Positions 24,474 to 38,938 of a stretch of DNA of 64,000 nucleotides are shown in pieces; position 1 is the first letter of the stretch, and each line of letters opens with the position of its first letter. The stretch is from NCBI GenBank assembly GCA_963924565.1, contig OZ004607.1, forward strand, positions 25,234,001 to 25,298,000. Direction: 5' to 3'. The translations under genes were made by a program, and so were the position numbers. The notes under the pieces were generated by a model. That model saw nothing but the letters and a program-made list of their open reading frames with translations. It did no database searches and was not told the DNA's origin. This stretch comes from Ascidiella aspersa. Lineage: Eukaryota.

Positions 24474-27400
24474 CGGAACTTTGGAAACGTTAGCGGCAAA
24501 TAAGAACGCGGGGTTTCCCTTGACCACCTAAACATGATTTTATTAGTGAAAATCAATAAAAATCAATTGATTAATTACAAAAGAGCACTTTATGACTGTA
24601 GTGCGTGCATTTTATTTAGTTTCTGTAAGAAAAAGATTGGAGCTGTTGAGATCAATATCACGAGATTAGAAAATAAACGTATTTATTCCACTTGGAAAAC
24701 AATTGCTTTAAAACTAAATTAATGCAATTTGAAAATACGGAAACAGTGCTTTTGAACACTATTATCATTTCCTCACATTTTGTCTTAATTGTGCTTATAC
24801 GATTGCCGGATGAGGAAAGGTTTCCAGTTGGTGACTTTGGAAAAACAATAAACCCTCGTGCGTAAATACGAGAGTCTTGAAACTTATTTGGCCCTGGTCG
24901 TATGCCATGAAAGTATATTGGTAGACCGGTCGTAACTTTTCCAGTTAGAGCCGCCGAGAATGTTTGCTAAAGTGTGTTTGTATGGGTGGTTCGAATAGGA
25001 CCAAAATGTACATTATAGAAAGGTTACCTGGAGATCTAGTACAAATTTGCCATGACCCGCAAGCTTGAACGTATACTGCACTGTGGGCGTCAAAGATTAT
25101 AATTGGCATAAAATCGAAACTGCTAATCAACGAATGTCATCAAGTTTCGCATTGGAAAGCAATGTTGTAATCATCGATCGATCGATCGCTTTACCAATAC
25201 TTTTTGGCTTCGCGGCATTTAACCACCCCAATCTATAATATATACCTTATGTGCCGAGCCCGATCGTTACTTGCAACGACGCGCTATCCATTTCCTTTTA
25301 CCTTAACTAATTGTGCCAAGCGCTTTTTACAGCGACTGCATCGAACGACAAGAAAATCGGTGGCCCGTCGTAAGAGGCTTAACAAATGAGGCTAATCGAA
25401 CGACGGCAGAGAGCGAATTAAACCATCACGTGTTTATTAAATCACCTGGGCGGGTCTGCCTGGTCGCAGGCGAGTTTTACGTCGGAATGTAAATTATGTT
25501 ACTAAAGTTTTCTTTTTAGGAGAAAATTTTAAGAGGTTTTGCATCCTTAGTAGAAAATCCGAAAATACCGCACTTTACGGCTAATGGATAAAATAAGGAT
25601 TGTTTTGTTTAGATAAAGGATGAGATTGTCCGATAGCATTGCGGTGCGGAGAATAGCTATTGAGGTTTATGGCAGTTTACTTATCAACCAAGTTTTACAT
25701 GACTACCCGCCCAAGTCAAGCCAGAGCGACATCACAAGCCAACCCACTCGTAATGTAAACTGCATCGTAATCGTACAGTAGCAGTGGCTTTGAAGATCAC
25801 GGCCAGTACTACCGGCAATAGCATAGGTCACCTGTAAAATGATAGGTATTTGAGCCAAAGAAACTGCGCGCCTTGAGTCGAAATGCTAAGCCTAAAAACG
25901 TTAAAAAATTATACGTCAATTGTCCCTTTCATCAACATTCTTGGCCTTGTGTAAACGACGCGGAATCGTTTTATCTTGAAGCGAAGTATGAGCATGAAAC
26001 AACAAGACAGTAAGCAAAAATAATAAAAGCTAAGAAATGTGAGTTATAAATATATTTACATTTTTCTTATATATTAATACTTAGCTGGAACCGCGCATTA
26101 GATGAGCGTAATAAAATAAATGGCGTTGCCAAAAAGCCGTATCGACTTTGTACTCGACTATAATCCAACTAATATGTTTGCACCTGCGCGGTTCGTTATT
26201 GGAATGATAAAGTACAAGCTTGACATTTGCACGGCCAATCAGGCATCATAAAAAGGGTTACCGATGCTGGCAGGAGAAGGACTTACAGTTATTTCTTGCT
26301 GATGGATGTTAGGCAGAATGAGAACACGAGTGGGCTAATAGCGCAAAGTCGCAGTTTCAGTATATCGATGAAAAGTATATATCGATGGAGTTACCGTGAT
26401 CGCCGCCAGATAAAATTGCACATGCAAACGGCAGGTTAGAGCCTCGATGTAAGAAGTACGCCCAAATCGATTGTGGTCTTGTCGAGACCTGCTAATCATG
26501 CTTTTGTTTGTTTTTTCTATAATATTGATAAATGCACGTGAAAAAAGTTTTAACTTCGTTGCCAATCCAGAAATTTTTATTCAGTCTATACTTACATCTT
26601 ACTGTGTTAATCGTGAGGCTGTGGATATGTTACTCGGAGTTATTTTAAACAAATTTAGTTTGGTATTAAGAAGAATAAAACAAGTTGTTGCTGTATAGAA
26701 CGATCTTAAGCTGTATTGAACGTTCCTAAGTTTATTTTCACAGGTGATGCAACATATACGAATATTACGTTAAACCAGCGTAGTTAAACTTAATATTTTG
26801 TCCGTTTTATGAGACTGAATGTCGATGTAGATTCACCAAAAAACTTTTTCGCTTAAATTCCGTTTTTCGGCAGTCGGTGTAATAAACAAGCGACTGCTGT
26901 CTGTCGAGTGGGAATTTTATTTCAAATGGTTTGAAATGGATTAGAGCCCGGTCAGTTTTGCTGGTCAGTTTACATCTTATTTACCTGCGCTTTACTAATA
27001 ACTTGAGTTTGAATACACAGACATATTGGAGGCATTCGGTCTCGGTTTCGCGTCATGGGAAAATGTCCGGCTGCGCTTAAATTGGTCCGCGGACCAATAG
27101 GGCCCCAGAGAGACTCTAATAATCGAAACATGCCGTTTAGTTGCAGTTTAACGTCAATATTGTTAATTATTCCACGAAAGACCATCCTAATTAATTTACT
27201 GAAGGTCATTACGGCATCACTTTATAGAGTAGATGTAAACACTGGGTTTAGGCTATATAAAGATGTTAGAACGCCGGAAAATAAATTTTAGATAACGCAA
27301 CAGTTTAATCGCACAACAGTATAGGTTATCGCCACAAATTGATATAATGTGTGGGGAAAGTTGCTCTGGTGCTCTCCTTTTTATTTTGCGAATAAGTAGT

Positions 27401-28764
27401 GAGGGGTGCATAGCAACCTCGTCACATTAAGATGGTGAGCTTATCTATTTCAAACACATGGACACTTCTTTTTTTATGTAAGATTCGTTTGGTTGATAAC
27501 AGCGCAATTTTTTGTAAAGCCCGCAATCATGAGTCGTTTCCTGTAACTGTGATGCAATTGTAATGCCTACCATCGTGAAGATCTCTGTCACGAAGGAACC
27601 CTGTGTTTCTCGATCGCTTGCTTTTGAGAAATTCGACAAAAATACACCTGGAGGGCCTGAAGGCATTCAGCACCCGATTAGGGCGTGTTCTGTTAAATCT
27701 CGTGGTTTGTAACCGCTTTGTCATACTAAAGGCCTTGTTTGGTTTTTGTTTAATTCATTTTTAAATTTATTTGTTCCGTTCGGTTAAAATAACAGTGGGA
27801 CTGGGAAAACAAAGACCTAAACAAGATCGTTAAAACATTTATACCTGTCTTAAAGTAGTTCAAAATATCATACAGACTATGTTTTGTAATTAACAAACAT
27901 GACTCCGGAACATTGTTAACGTGTTAACGATGCACGAAGAGTAAACGCTTTATTGTATTTAACAAATAAAGGGGTATTGTGGTCCATAAACCTCCATGCA
28001 ATGCATGGCGTACACCTTAACAGAACTAAATTATCAAATTCTTCGTTACTGCGTGATGTTGTTTGTTTTAGCAATCTGTTTAAATTTGGATTAAAAATTT
28101 ATGTAAAACAGCCCGTTTTAACTCAATACAGATCCACTGGCCGTAATTGATTTAATACGAAGGTTAAGATACATTTTGTATTTTGGTGAAAAGTGGCATG
28201 GTTATAAACCGAAAACAGACAATATATTGTTAAAGTCATGTGTAACTATTTGCGTATTTTATTTTTTACCTAACTGTAAAGGGACAGTTTGTGTCTTTAA
28301 CTCTGGACATGCTGCCAGGTCTAATGACCTGTTATTTGCTATATAGTTGTGATCGTTCGTAACCGACGACACCCATCCGTGTTACACAATTTATATTATG
28401 CTAGCGCTGGTAGTCTTCTAAGAAAATTTTGACACACTTGTTATAGAGAAGCACATGCATACAATATTTGTGTTTTATTCAACTATATACAATGTTTGTT
28501 AACTTATATATGCGTAACGGAGTGTCACAGAGTACCTACACGAATCGAGCAAATGGGGTTGAAAACCGAGTTTCAGAAAATTACCCAAAATTTTGACTAC
28601 GAAAAAACTGGGTTGCATTTTTTGTAATTACAGCATATTACATCCACCGTTCTGTGTTTCAGAAACAATATTACCGGTTATTCTTAACCAGTTTAGGCTT
28701 TTTAATACAAATTCACAACTCTGTGGACAAAAAGTTTCACAGCTCTAGTTACGAGTAAATAGTG

Positions 28765-31700
28765 ATGTCTGCTCTAAACGCTACTGTGCCATACTTCGGT
28801 ACCACGTTGCCCAACAACAAATTTGATGACGTAACGTCCAATGCTACGACGGCTATTACATTAGCGGGAGCGGGGGATGCAGAGTGTCGAATCCAAGTCG
28901 CGAACTATCACATTTGCACGATGACCCTGTGCGTTGACGTACGAACAAGTAAGTTGTAAATATTTAAACGGTTGTTAACGCCTAAAGGAACAAACCGTGC
29001 TTGTTTGCAAAAGCACAATGCAAACCAGCGTAAAGCGTAATATTCATCTTGTTTGCCTGTTTCAAATCTACATGTACATAAAATCAACTCGAATACCTAC
29101 TTAAAGCGAAATAATAATACAAAAAAGTGTTCAGTAATGTAAAATCGGACAAGAACAACTGAATAAAGTTAAGACCGTTTCGCAACTAAATCAAGTATGT
29201 CCATAGGGACAAATTTTTTTTTTTAATGTTTGTTAGCATTTTTTTGATTTTTTGACAAACTTGTTTAATTATCTCCAAACCTCTAGTCTAGATTAAGACA
29301 AACTGCATAACACAGTAAAAAAGATAAAACTGTTAAGCACGTAAAGAGCTATTATGGTCTAAGGACATTTCGTTGGATCTAAAAAATATATGTACGCATT
29401 AATTTAAAATATTTGTAGACAATCTGCCACTTAACGGCACAATCCTGACGTAATTTGCAATAATTACTGCAGCGGATCAGTGTATTGTACCCGGTCAATA
29501 GACGGCTTATCTTAATGAATCCACTCAAAAATACATATTCCTCAATAGACAATTTTTAAACAAACAATGACTAAACTTATCTTTCTGGGTTTTTTTGCGG
29601 TATTGCCTGCTAGCATTGTTTTACACTTTTTCATCATAAAGTATAGCCACCAGAAACGGAAACATTTTATTTGAACTTTAAATCAGCTACACGCTGAGGA
29701 GCCGGTGGACCCTGGTCGAGAGCTGCACGTTTGATGTCCTTTTAAAAGTATCACGAACCACTTAAAATGTGTTATTTAAAATGTTATTTTTTTTCTGTCT
29801 CCTAATGGAAGTTAATGTCTCATGCTGTAAAGTAAAATTTACCGTCGAGAAAATAAGTTTTTCAAGCCCAGTACACAAATAAACCACGAACCATTTTTAA
29901 ATGGCATAATTAATTAATTTATCAATCAGCTACAAATTTAAAAACTTTTACTGAACCCAATAAACGCTTCTGGATTTCTTAGGAGCCGATGGACCCCTGG
30001 CGACAGCTTTGAATAATGTCAAGCCTTGAATCTGAGTTTAAATTTTGCTAGTTTTACCTATTGGCCATTTTACATCGCATTAGCAGGCTATGCTGAGTAA
30101 GGAGTTTCTACTTAAATGTAAATAAAGCATTCTACTACTATTATAAAAATTGTCTAAAATTGTACTCGGTTTTAAAACGTTGAATATATTCGATGTAAAA
30201 CCGTTGGTATAACAAAGGTTTGTAAACAATTTATACGACATACACCTTACAAACTTTTTAGTAATTTGCAGGCCAATATACTATTATTATCAACAATATG
30301 TACAGTACTAATCTCATGTATATTTGCAATATTTATAAATTTTTGCAACTATTTTTTCGTGCAAAAATACAAAACTGGGTAAAAAAATTGGCAAGTGAGG
30401 TATCGAATGAAGTAATATACCAGCAAAGGATCTTTTATTCGTTGCTTCACAGACGCAACCGCGAAAATGGATATACACTGCCACCCAGTGGGAGTTGGCG
30501 TGCTTTTCACCGCCTTTGCCCTCCTTATGATGAGCATCGTCCTTGGCAACCTGCTTATCATGTACGTCATGATTGCTTCGAGGTCAGTGCGGAACACTCA
30601 CGGCATCATCAAGTGCTCATTAGCATTAGCAGACCTACTGCAAGGTTGGTTAAAAAAACTAACAAGCATATTAAGCAATCAGGGCGGATCCAAGGGGGTG
30701 AAAAACTTGGCCATGGCCCCCTAAGCTGTATTTTTGCCTATATTTTAACTAAGCAAATTCAAAAATAGTCGCGCTTACGCTACGTTTGAGTCTGGTGGTG
30801 TTGTTGGAATGTCTTGGCTCCTTTTATAAAATTGTTTTAGCCCAAATGCGCTGTGCGTCGTATCGCAACATCGAAAAAAAAACGTTTGGGCAACTTAAAC
30901 GAAGGCGTTTTGCGCTTTTTTTGCGAATCGATTACATCGTTATAGCTTTTGTATTGAAAGTAACACCTGTCCAATTTAAAACTATAACCTAATAAACGAA
31001 GTGTATTGTGTTCATAAAGTGATACTTGCACGATTACCGCATTATGTAATGTGACGTTATGACGTAACTTTTTGACGTCATCTCTGGCAAAATTGTTATT
31101 TCCCCCCAAACAAAATTCCTAGATCCGCGCCTGTAGGCAGTACGTTCCTACAAAAAAAATAAAATAACGAAGCGGTTTTTGGTAACCATAAAAACACTCT
31201 ATTCTAACCCGATGGTCATGTTTTAATAATTATAAACAATGCAAAACACACCTGTTATTGCAACATCTGTCGATTTGTATAGAAATAACTTTAAAATGAG
31301 CTATGATGCTTGTTGACTCCAAATAGTGATTTTATGTTTGACAGAAGCGGGTCCACGATTTTTCTTTGGGTGCACAAGCGCGAGAATTTTTTTCATTTAT
31401 GTAGTTTTAGCTGAACTTGTCACTATAATTTCAATGTTGTGTAAAATAGATATGGCGTAAAACAATCGTGCTAAGCGCAAAAATGCTTTTATATCTAATG
31501 CAGTGGTTGTTAACCTTTTTTCAGCCGCGCCCCCCTTTGGTAATTTTTCTCATGCCTTGCGCCCCCCTATGAAAATATTTCGACATTTTGCAATTAAATA
31601 TCACTGAGAAAACAGGAAAATAGTGAAGGGTGTTGTTGGTCGCGCGAAGCGCGAAAAATTTTGAGTTTTATTTGGTCGAATTGGCTAAACTGCAACCGAA

Positions 31701-34700
31701 GAGGCGTTTCGCATTGGGCACACAACAAATTGCGCGAGCACATTGATTTTATCGAGCTAATTTTGACAAACGTGTTGCGAGGGCATTGACTCCACAGTTG
31801 TAAGAGTTGTATGATGTCGGGCGCAAAAAATGTCAAGCGCAAATATTAAACATTGCGTTATCGTGTTTCAAAAGATGTAACGACACACAATACAACGGCA
31901 ATATTGCAAAAACAATATAGTTTCGCCCAAAAAATGTTCGACTCCCCTGTTGCTATAGCCTGTTATCATATATAAAATATGGATAAAAAATAGTCCGTAA
32001 GGGCGATAGCTTTTATCGTTTATCTACAAGTTAATTTAATAGGGCGGTGATACCGTAAGGGAAGAAAATGTTTGCGGTTTTAATGTTAAATTTGGCAAAA
32101 AACAGAGTTTGTATGTAGGAATTATGCCTAACCCTAACGAAACCATTAAAATCATTGCAAAAAGTTAAAATATTGAAGTCGAGCTCGCGCCCCCCTTAGA
32201 ATTTTCTTTTGCCTTTATACATACGTTGCATTCGGATTTAATTGGATGTTTCTAGCCAAACGTCCCTGCGCGTAACATATGCGAAAATCAACATATACAT
32301 TTTTTGAGATTTGCGCTAGCGCTTTGCCGCCCAACTTTATAACGTCATATCGAAAAGTTTCAAGGCTACCATGTCTAAACCAAAATCCTTGATCCGCCCC
32401 TAATTCTCAAATATGTTTTAAGAACTACAATTGTTCACTTAATTCTCTGCAATATCATTAATCGTGCAATGTGTACATTGTAGCACTACGTCAATTCCAA
32501 ATTGAGCTCATCATAACTTACAGGTGCGATCGCAGTACCAATCGCAGCATACACCTACGTTCATTTTTTCTTTCTCCCTGGGCCCTACAGCAGAGAGACT
32601 TTAATTGAAGGTGGATTGACGTTCATAAAGGTCTACAGACTCTTCACCTTTTTTTTCGTTCTCTCCAACACCTTGAGCCTTCTTAGGTGAGATGAACAAA
32701 TTGTGTTATAAAAAAATCAAGAATTTTCATCACTAACGGAAAGTAATCAAAAAATGTAAAGGTTTTTGAAACAGCATAAGGTATCGACAATAAAGAGGTT
32801 TGAATGCACTGCAATGTAGTTATATTAGAGGAAACTAGTAACCGGGTATTTACACAAAATATTGCCGCAGTTTAATTCTGTAACGTAGAATGATATTTTG
32901 CTTTCCGGTCATACGGATATTAACCGACACCGACATTTTTTGACAAAACAATAACTGATTTACGAGGTTGGGCTGCATATTAAATTAGTTAAAACAGCGA
33001 CTAAGATAAACTAGTTTTACGTTCCGTTGAGACCTGTTTTGATGGAGATGGAGCGACTTGTATAGCCTAAAGCCCTAAACCTACACACTAATACATAGGC
33101 AATCCATGTGTATTGTGTATCAAATTACGTGGCACATAAAGCCAAAGAAAATCATACATTTTGTTTGTTACCATAAAACCCAATGCGATTAGAGTCGGTC
33201 AGTTACTTGATCAACTTCTTACTATTAAGAAGTTAAAACAACCAAAATAGATAAAATTATTTGACATTTGGCGATTTACTCAGCTTGATACTTCTGAGCA
33301 CGGACCGTTTCATGGCTATATGCTATCCACTACGTTATCACGCCGGTGAACTGATGACGCACGGCCGCGCCAAGCTGTGTGTGATACTCACCTGGATGAT
33401 TGCCTTCGGGTTAGCCCTATTCTTCGAAGAAACTCTTGGAAGCGAACTTCAGGGATTGGTAGACAGCAGGTGGAGTAGGCCTATTGAAAAAATAACGTTG
33501 GTTTAATCTTTCGTTTCGTTTTGGACTGAGTATGGATGCAGCAATATTTACTATATATTACATTTAGAAAATTAGGATCACTAAAATAAATATCCGTTGT
33601 TGCCAAGATTGAATAGGGATTAGCACCAGTTTAACGCTATATGTCGTCATAAATTGGTATAATAAAATATTACCTGACTATTGCGTAGTTAATCCTTGCG
33701 GTACATATTGTTGTACTAAGCCGGCGTAAGCTTGCTGAACCCTCGAAATATAAATTAAATATAATAGATTGAAACCACGATGGTATACAAAAAGCAAAGT
33801 AATGTTTCTCATATTCTACATATTACTAGCAAAAAAAAAGGAAAACAATAAACAATTTAGCTCAAAATTAAATTTCAAAACTAAAAACATTATAGAAATA
33901 AAGATAAATTTGGGACAGCGCAATATATTGTTTGCTAATTGACCTTTTAGAGCAATAAAACTTAAATTAGGAAATCATCATCGTCATGATAAACATGGTT
34001 CGGAATAAGACCAAAATAGGACTAACAAATATAGTCGGAATACGGTCGAAATTGGAATAAGACCGAAACCTTTTAAAATATTACCCCGCCAGAATGAGAC
34101 CTTGAATTTAAAACAATATTTAACTAACATCAAAGCCCAAAACTAATTCAGTAATGCAATTAAACTTTGAATGTATTTAAATAGTAAAACTCAGTTGTTG
34201 TTTTTTGTTTTTTTGTTTTTTTTTTGGGGGGGGGATTGATCTGGTTCCCTCGCTTTAGATGTCGTAGTAGATTACCGAACATAACTCTTTAATGCAAGCT
34301 TTCGTATTAGTTTCAACATTCCGAGCTGCCAAAGTTTTGAATAAAACTTTATAATGGGCTTATTTATTCTTAACATAAATGTAATAAGTGATTGCTGAGA
34401 AAAAGATACCCCTCAAAAGCTAAAAAAGCCTTAGCTAGTTTTATTTGACATTATCAAATCAATTTTGAGTTATCGCGAAAAGCGTTACTCGTTGTTTAAA
34501 TTATATTTATTCTTCTGTATAACAACTGCATATCTAAATTTACAATCATTCCTGATATAAACATATAAACGTACAATTTTAGCCTAGCACCGAGACCAAC
34601 TTTTTACATGATCACAAGGCACAAACAATCAAATCCATATTTATGTGGTAGAATACATTGCAATCATAATCTAATCGAAAACCTAATAAGGGTAGTATAA

Positions 34701-37251
34701 TTAATATTTCAATAGTTAAATGAAGTTTTTTCCATCTAATACATTTAAAGTGCCCGGATGGGTAAAAACATTTACAGAAAGTAAAATAAGACAAAACGAA
34801 CAAGCCTAAAAAATACGCACGTTTTTCAAAAAAACAAAACAAATTATCTAAGACACTGTAACCTCCTCCAAAATAAGAACAAATCTTCCAAATTACCGAC
34901 AGAATGTAAACCCTGTCTAAACGTAATTGAGTGCAATTGAAAGTAAAATTTTAAAGGTTTCGTCATTTATAGTAATTTAACCTTTATTGTGCCTAAATGC
35001 AGGTTAGTTTATAACGTGGCAAACTACTTATTAATCTGTTTAAAATAATTCTACTTTCCAGCTATGTCCACAGAGTCGTTAAGGCGATGTCGATAATATT
35101 TGGAGTCTTGTACATGATTACCATATTTCTGCTTGCTGCAACTGTGCGAAACAGGTGAAAGGGATTTGGTTTTGGAATAGATCAGAAAAATTGAGTCGTA
35201 CCATAAAGTCACAACAGCGTAATTTTACTGTATCAACGAGGAAATCCAAATAATATAAAATTTCCCATGCTTCAAAACATGTACATTATTATGAAACCAA
35301 AATAATATAAATACATCCGTTTGGCTTACGGGAAGGGGTAGACAAATGTGTTTATCCTGCTTATATTTCTTTGCATCGATAGGTACATTTGAGTAAAATG
35401 TATTTAAAATTATACGTAATTTACTCCAAAACTGCCATGTATAATAAATGAGATTGTCACCGTATTATCTTCCGTATTTCTTATTTGAAAACGAAAAAGC
35501 GATTTGTTTAATTTCTTTGTATGCCGCAAGCTGAAAAATGTATGAGAGTCAGTCAGGGCTGGATTAACCTTTAAGCAAAACAAGCACTTTGTTAGGGTAC
35601 GAAGGAAAGGGACACATAAATTTTCATATTCCAATTTCCAATGGTGCCTCAGTGTGGAACAATTCGAGTAAATCAGACGACTCAGACTTCAATAGTAGCC
35701 CGGTTGAAATTAATTTTTGCTTATTTATCTTTCCAAAGTGTTACCTTAAACCCCCTCTTCATCTAAAACAAAATTCACGTAAATTACTCATATCTTGACC
35801 CTAGATTATATTTTGAAAGACACATATAAGACACCATTTTAAATTGCTTAGGGCCCCTAAAAGACATTATCCGAGCCTAGAACCACTGATTTCGTTGTAT
35901 CTGTTTCATAGCATGTGTATCGTTTGGTGATTTGTAAATATTTACTTTAAAATACTTTTTCCTAAATACTATTTTGGTGGTTTACAAAACGCTAATTTTT
36001 TTATCAAGCTTCAAGACTATCCGGTCGATGCAAAGACTAAACGCATTAAACACAGTTCGGCCGCGTGAGAGTGTTGCGGAGGCAGGCAAAGTCGTCAACA
36101 TCGAATTGAAATTCGCCAAAACCGTCGGTTTGATGGTTGTTTTCTTCACGATGTCTATCACCCCCTATGTTATATTAAAAATGGTGGGTGCAGTTACTTG
36201 TGAACTTTATGATGTGACACCTTTGTTTAAAATTTTATTAATAAAATGTTTGTTATCTGTTCCACAAAGCAGAGCTGCGAAACTGGGGGAGTGTTAAATC
36301 TATTCCAATTGTGTATCTTTTGACTTTTGATTTGCGAAATGCTGAAACTAATGCCATATAGCAGTGGTCGGCAATCGCCGGTCCGCGAGGAGTTCGTTAC
36401 CGGTCCGCAGCAGGGTTGCCAGATTAAAATTTTGATTTAAAGAAAAAACGTGAAATAAGTCAAAATTAAATCTAGTTTTCTATTCAAAACACATTAACTT
36501 TCGTTTAAAAACATACTCCATGATTGATTAATATAATACACATCTCTACTAGTATTAAGCACTCGTGAGGTTCAAAACAAACCATTGTGCTGTGGACATT
36601 TGTTGTTTTTTTAAGGCCGGTCCGCGGAAAAATTTTAGTTTCAAACCGGTCCGCAGGGCCAAAAACGTTGCCGACCCCTGCCATATAGGATAGCTAATAA
36701 GCAATAATAGTTGCTACAACCAAATGTAATCTATTTTTTCTTTGTATGTATTCAGATCGACTCGGACAATTATTACCTGGAAATGGTGTTCGAATACCTG
36801 ATGTACACCAACAGCTTGTGGAACGTTTTCATCTATAGCCTGAGGTGTCGCGATTTCCAGCTTTCCATGATCCGCTTGCGAGCCACAAGGACAATCATGG
36901 CCTATGTGTGCAAAGCTACACTGGCCGATCTGCAGTACGATGTACCGATGATAAGCAGAACAGCGTCCAACGTCACCCAAACCATACCGGCAAAGGGGTA
37001 AATTATTTGTACCATATAGTGTCAGTCCTACGCATTCTTAGTTTGGTAAATGCAAACATATGAAAAACGTTCGAAACGTGTTCTATTGCTTTTACAGAAC
37101 GCCGCCCGTTAACAACAACGTCAAGAGAGTTCTCTACCAAGCAAACACTAGCTCTCCAAGCACTCATACCCTGGCCTCCATTACGTCAGTGGTAGGGCGA
37201 GAGGCAACCACGCTTTTAAGTAATCAACAAGAAAGAGTGGAGACTTGCTGA
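28765..37251 (+). CDS. Orphan rhodopsin-family (class A) GPCR, about 7 coding exons
   Basis: Approximate exons 28765-28948, 30453-30645, 32524-32687, 33284-33469, 35062-35154, 36009-36183, 36756-36997, 37098-37251. N-glycosylated N-terminus; TM1 GN; TM2 SLALADL; TM3 DRFMAICYPLRY; TM4 W; TM5; TM6 KFAKTVGLMVVFFTMSITPY; TM7 NSLWNVFIYSLR; helix-8 F. Confidence 0.9.
30680..31133. mobile_element. MITE with GGCGGATC termini in a GPCR intron
   Basis: Begins CAGGGCGGATCCAAGG and ends CCTAGATCCGCGCCTG. A similar end (CCTTGATCCGCCCCT) occurs at ~32390. Confidence 0.6.
36362..36680. mobile_element. hAT-type MITE in a GPCR intron
   Basis: TIR CAGTGGTCGGCAA / TTGCCGACCCCTG, subterminal GGTCCGC repeats and perfect 8-bp TSD CCATATAG. 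Confidence 0.88.
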
Positions 37252-38677
37252 AAAACGCCATCAAAAAGCAAGACCCGTCTTCAGTGTGAAAAAGGGGTTT
37301 AAAAGGGATGTTTCCTATTATTTTTAACATCAATATTTTTTAGGCCAATTATTAAAAACGTAGGCTATTTCAACTTGATGGAAACAAAATTTATAATCTG
37401 ACGCGATTTGTAATTAATATTTAATTTTCCAACAGGATGCATAAACCTTATAGGTGTAAGTATTTTTTTATTTGTTTATTAAATTGTAAATCGTTAAAAA
37501 TCCAGCAAGAGCGATATGTTGTTCGTCTTCATTATGCTTTCAAACTGTTTCGAGCCTTGTTTATCAAAACAAAGAAACAATTATAGTGGTCAGGTACTGA
37601 TCGAATTTTACCTTTCGGCTTTTTTCGCACTCCCTTTTTCCGACTACTCGAAAGACAAAAAAGACAAAAGTAGCCATAGTTATTTTCATAAAAGTTTCGC
37701 GATTCCCTAAAACGTTTTGCGAACACGGAGTATTACAACGAATACAGTGTGCATGTATGGAATTTCCAATGCCCAAATATTTTGAAGCGTTTTTGTATGG
37801 AACTTTTGTGTAGAATATTTAACTGCTTCTTTCTTTCATTTGTATTCTAATAACTGTTTCGCCAAGGTATATAATACAAAAAAATTTTTACACGTATTTA
37901 TGACTTAATTATTGCGTATTTGTGACAAGGTATGCATTCCCGATAGAAATTCCTGTTATATGCCAATGAAAAACAAAAAAACGTTAATGGTAAGCCATGC
38001 TTACCACTAATAAATTTTGCTAACAAAAGTTGTTGTAAAATCGTAATGTCCAGTTGCCTTACGCTGGAAAATGTATATGTTCACTTTTTTACAATTTTTT
38101 GGTCTTCGTTTTCCGGCCATTTCCTCTAAATTATCGATTTTTGCAAAGTTATTGACATAAAAAAGGTTAAACTACCCAAATTGGTAAAATTGTCCTATTT
38201 TCTGCTAAAACATGCTTTTATTTTGCTAACACGTGCTTTAATTTATAAGCAATAACTTAACTAGAAAATAACAAAAAAACAGCGTATAACAAGCTTGTTG
38301 TTTTATGTTCAAAAATTTAGACAAATAACTTATTTTTTTAAAAAGGCTAAATGAAAACACTTAATTTCAACTCGACTCATGTGACTCCATGACTCTAGTC
38401 TAAATCAGGTAATTTGTCCAAAAGACTTTAGTCAAGTCAAGCCATTCTACCGAAACGACACAAGTCAAGTAAAATTATTTTAAGACAGAGACTTAAGTTC
38501 ACTTTAGTAAAGTCATTAGCATCATTACACCTCTGGCAAGATTTATCCATTTAACAATGGACGCACATACAAACTTTTTTAATGTAATTAAAGCACTTAC
38601 ATTTAAGCAAATTATTTTGCAGTTAAATTAAGGTCATTTTGCCCGACAGAAAGAAGGAATTGACTTACACCTTAAAC

Positions 38678-38938
38678 CAGTGGTTCTCAACCGAGGTCCC
38701 GCGGCACTATAAGGTGCCATTTTTACCGCTCAACAGAGTCAAGAGATATTTCAAATTATTTAGGAGTACCAAAGATTCAAAAAGTTATTTCAACCTTGTT
38801 GAGCAGTTAATGTGCTGTTGAAATCTCGTTTATTGTAACGTTGCAGTTAACCACTCAGCAAAAATAGGACCAAAGGTGCCGCGAACTATTTGTAATTTCT
38901 GCAGGGTGCCGTAGCTCAAAAAAGGTTGCGAAAGACTG
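38678..38938. mobile_element. hAT-type MITE
   Basis: Ends CAGTGGTTCTCAACC and GGTTGCGAAAGACTG, subterminal GGTGCCG repeats, near-perfect TSD CCTTAAAC/TCTTAAAC. Confidence 0.75.

Noticed and set aside
29419-29450. Possible extra GPCR micro-exon (NNLPLNGTILT)
   Set aside because: Its GT donor phase is incompatible with the next exon, and exon 1 already joins 30453 in frame.
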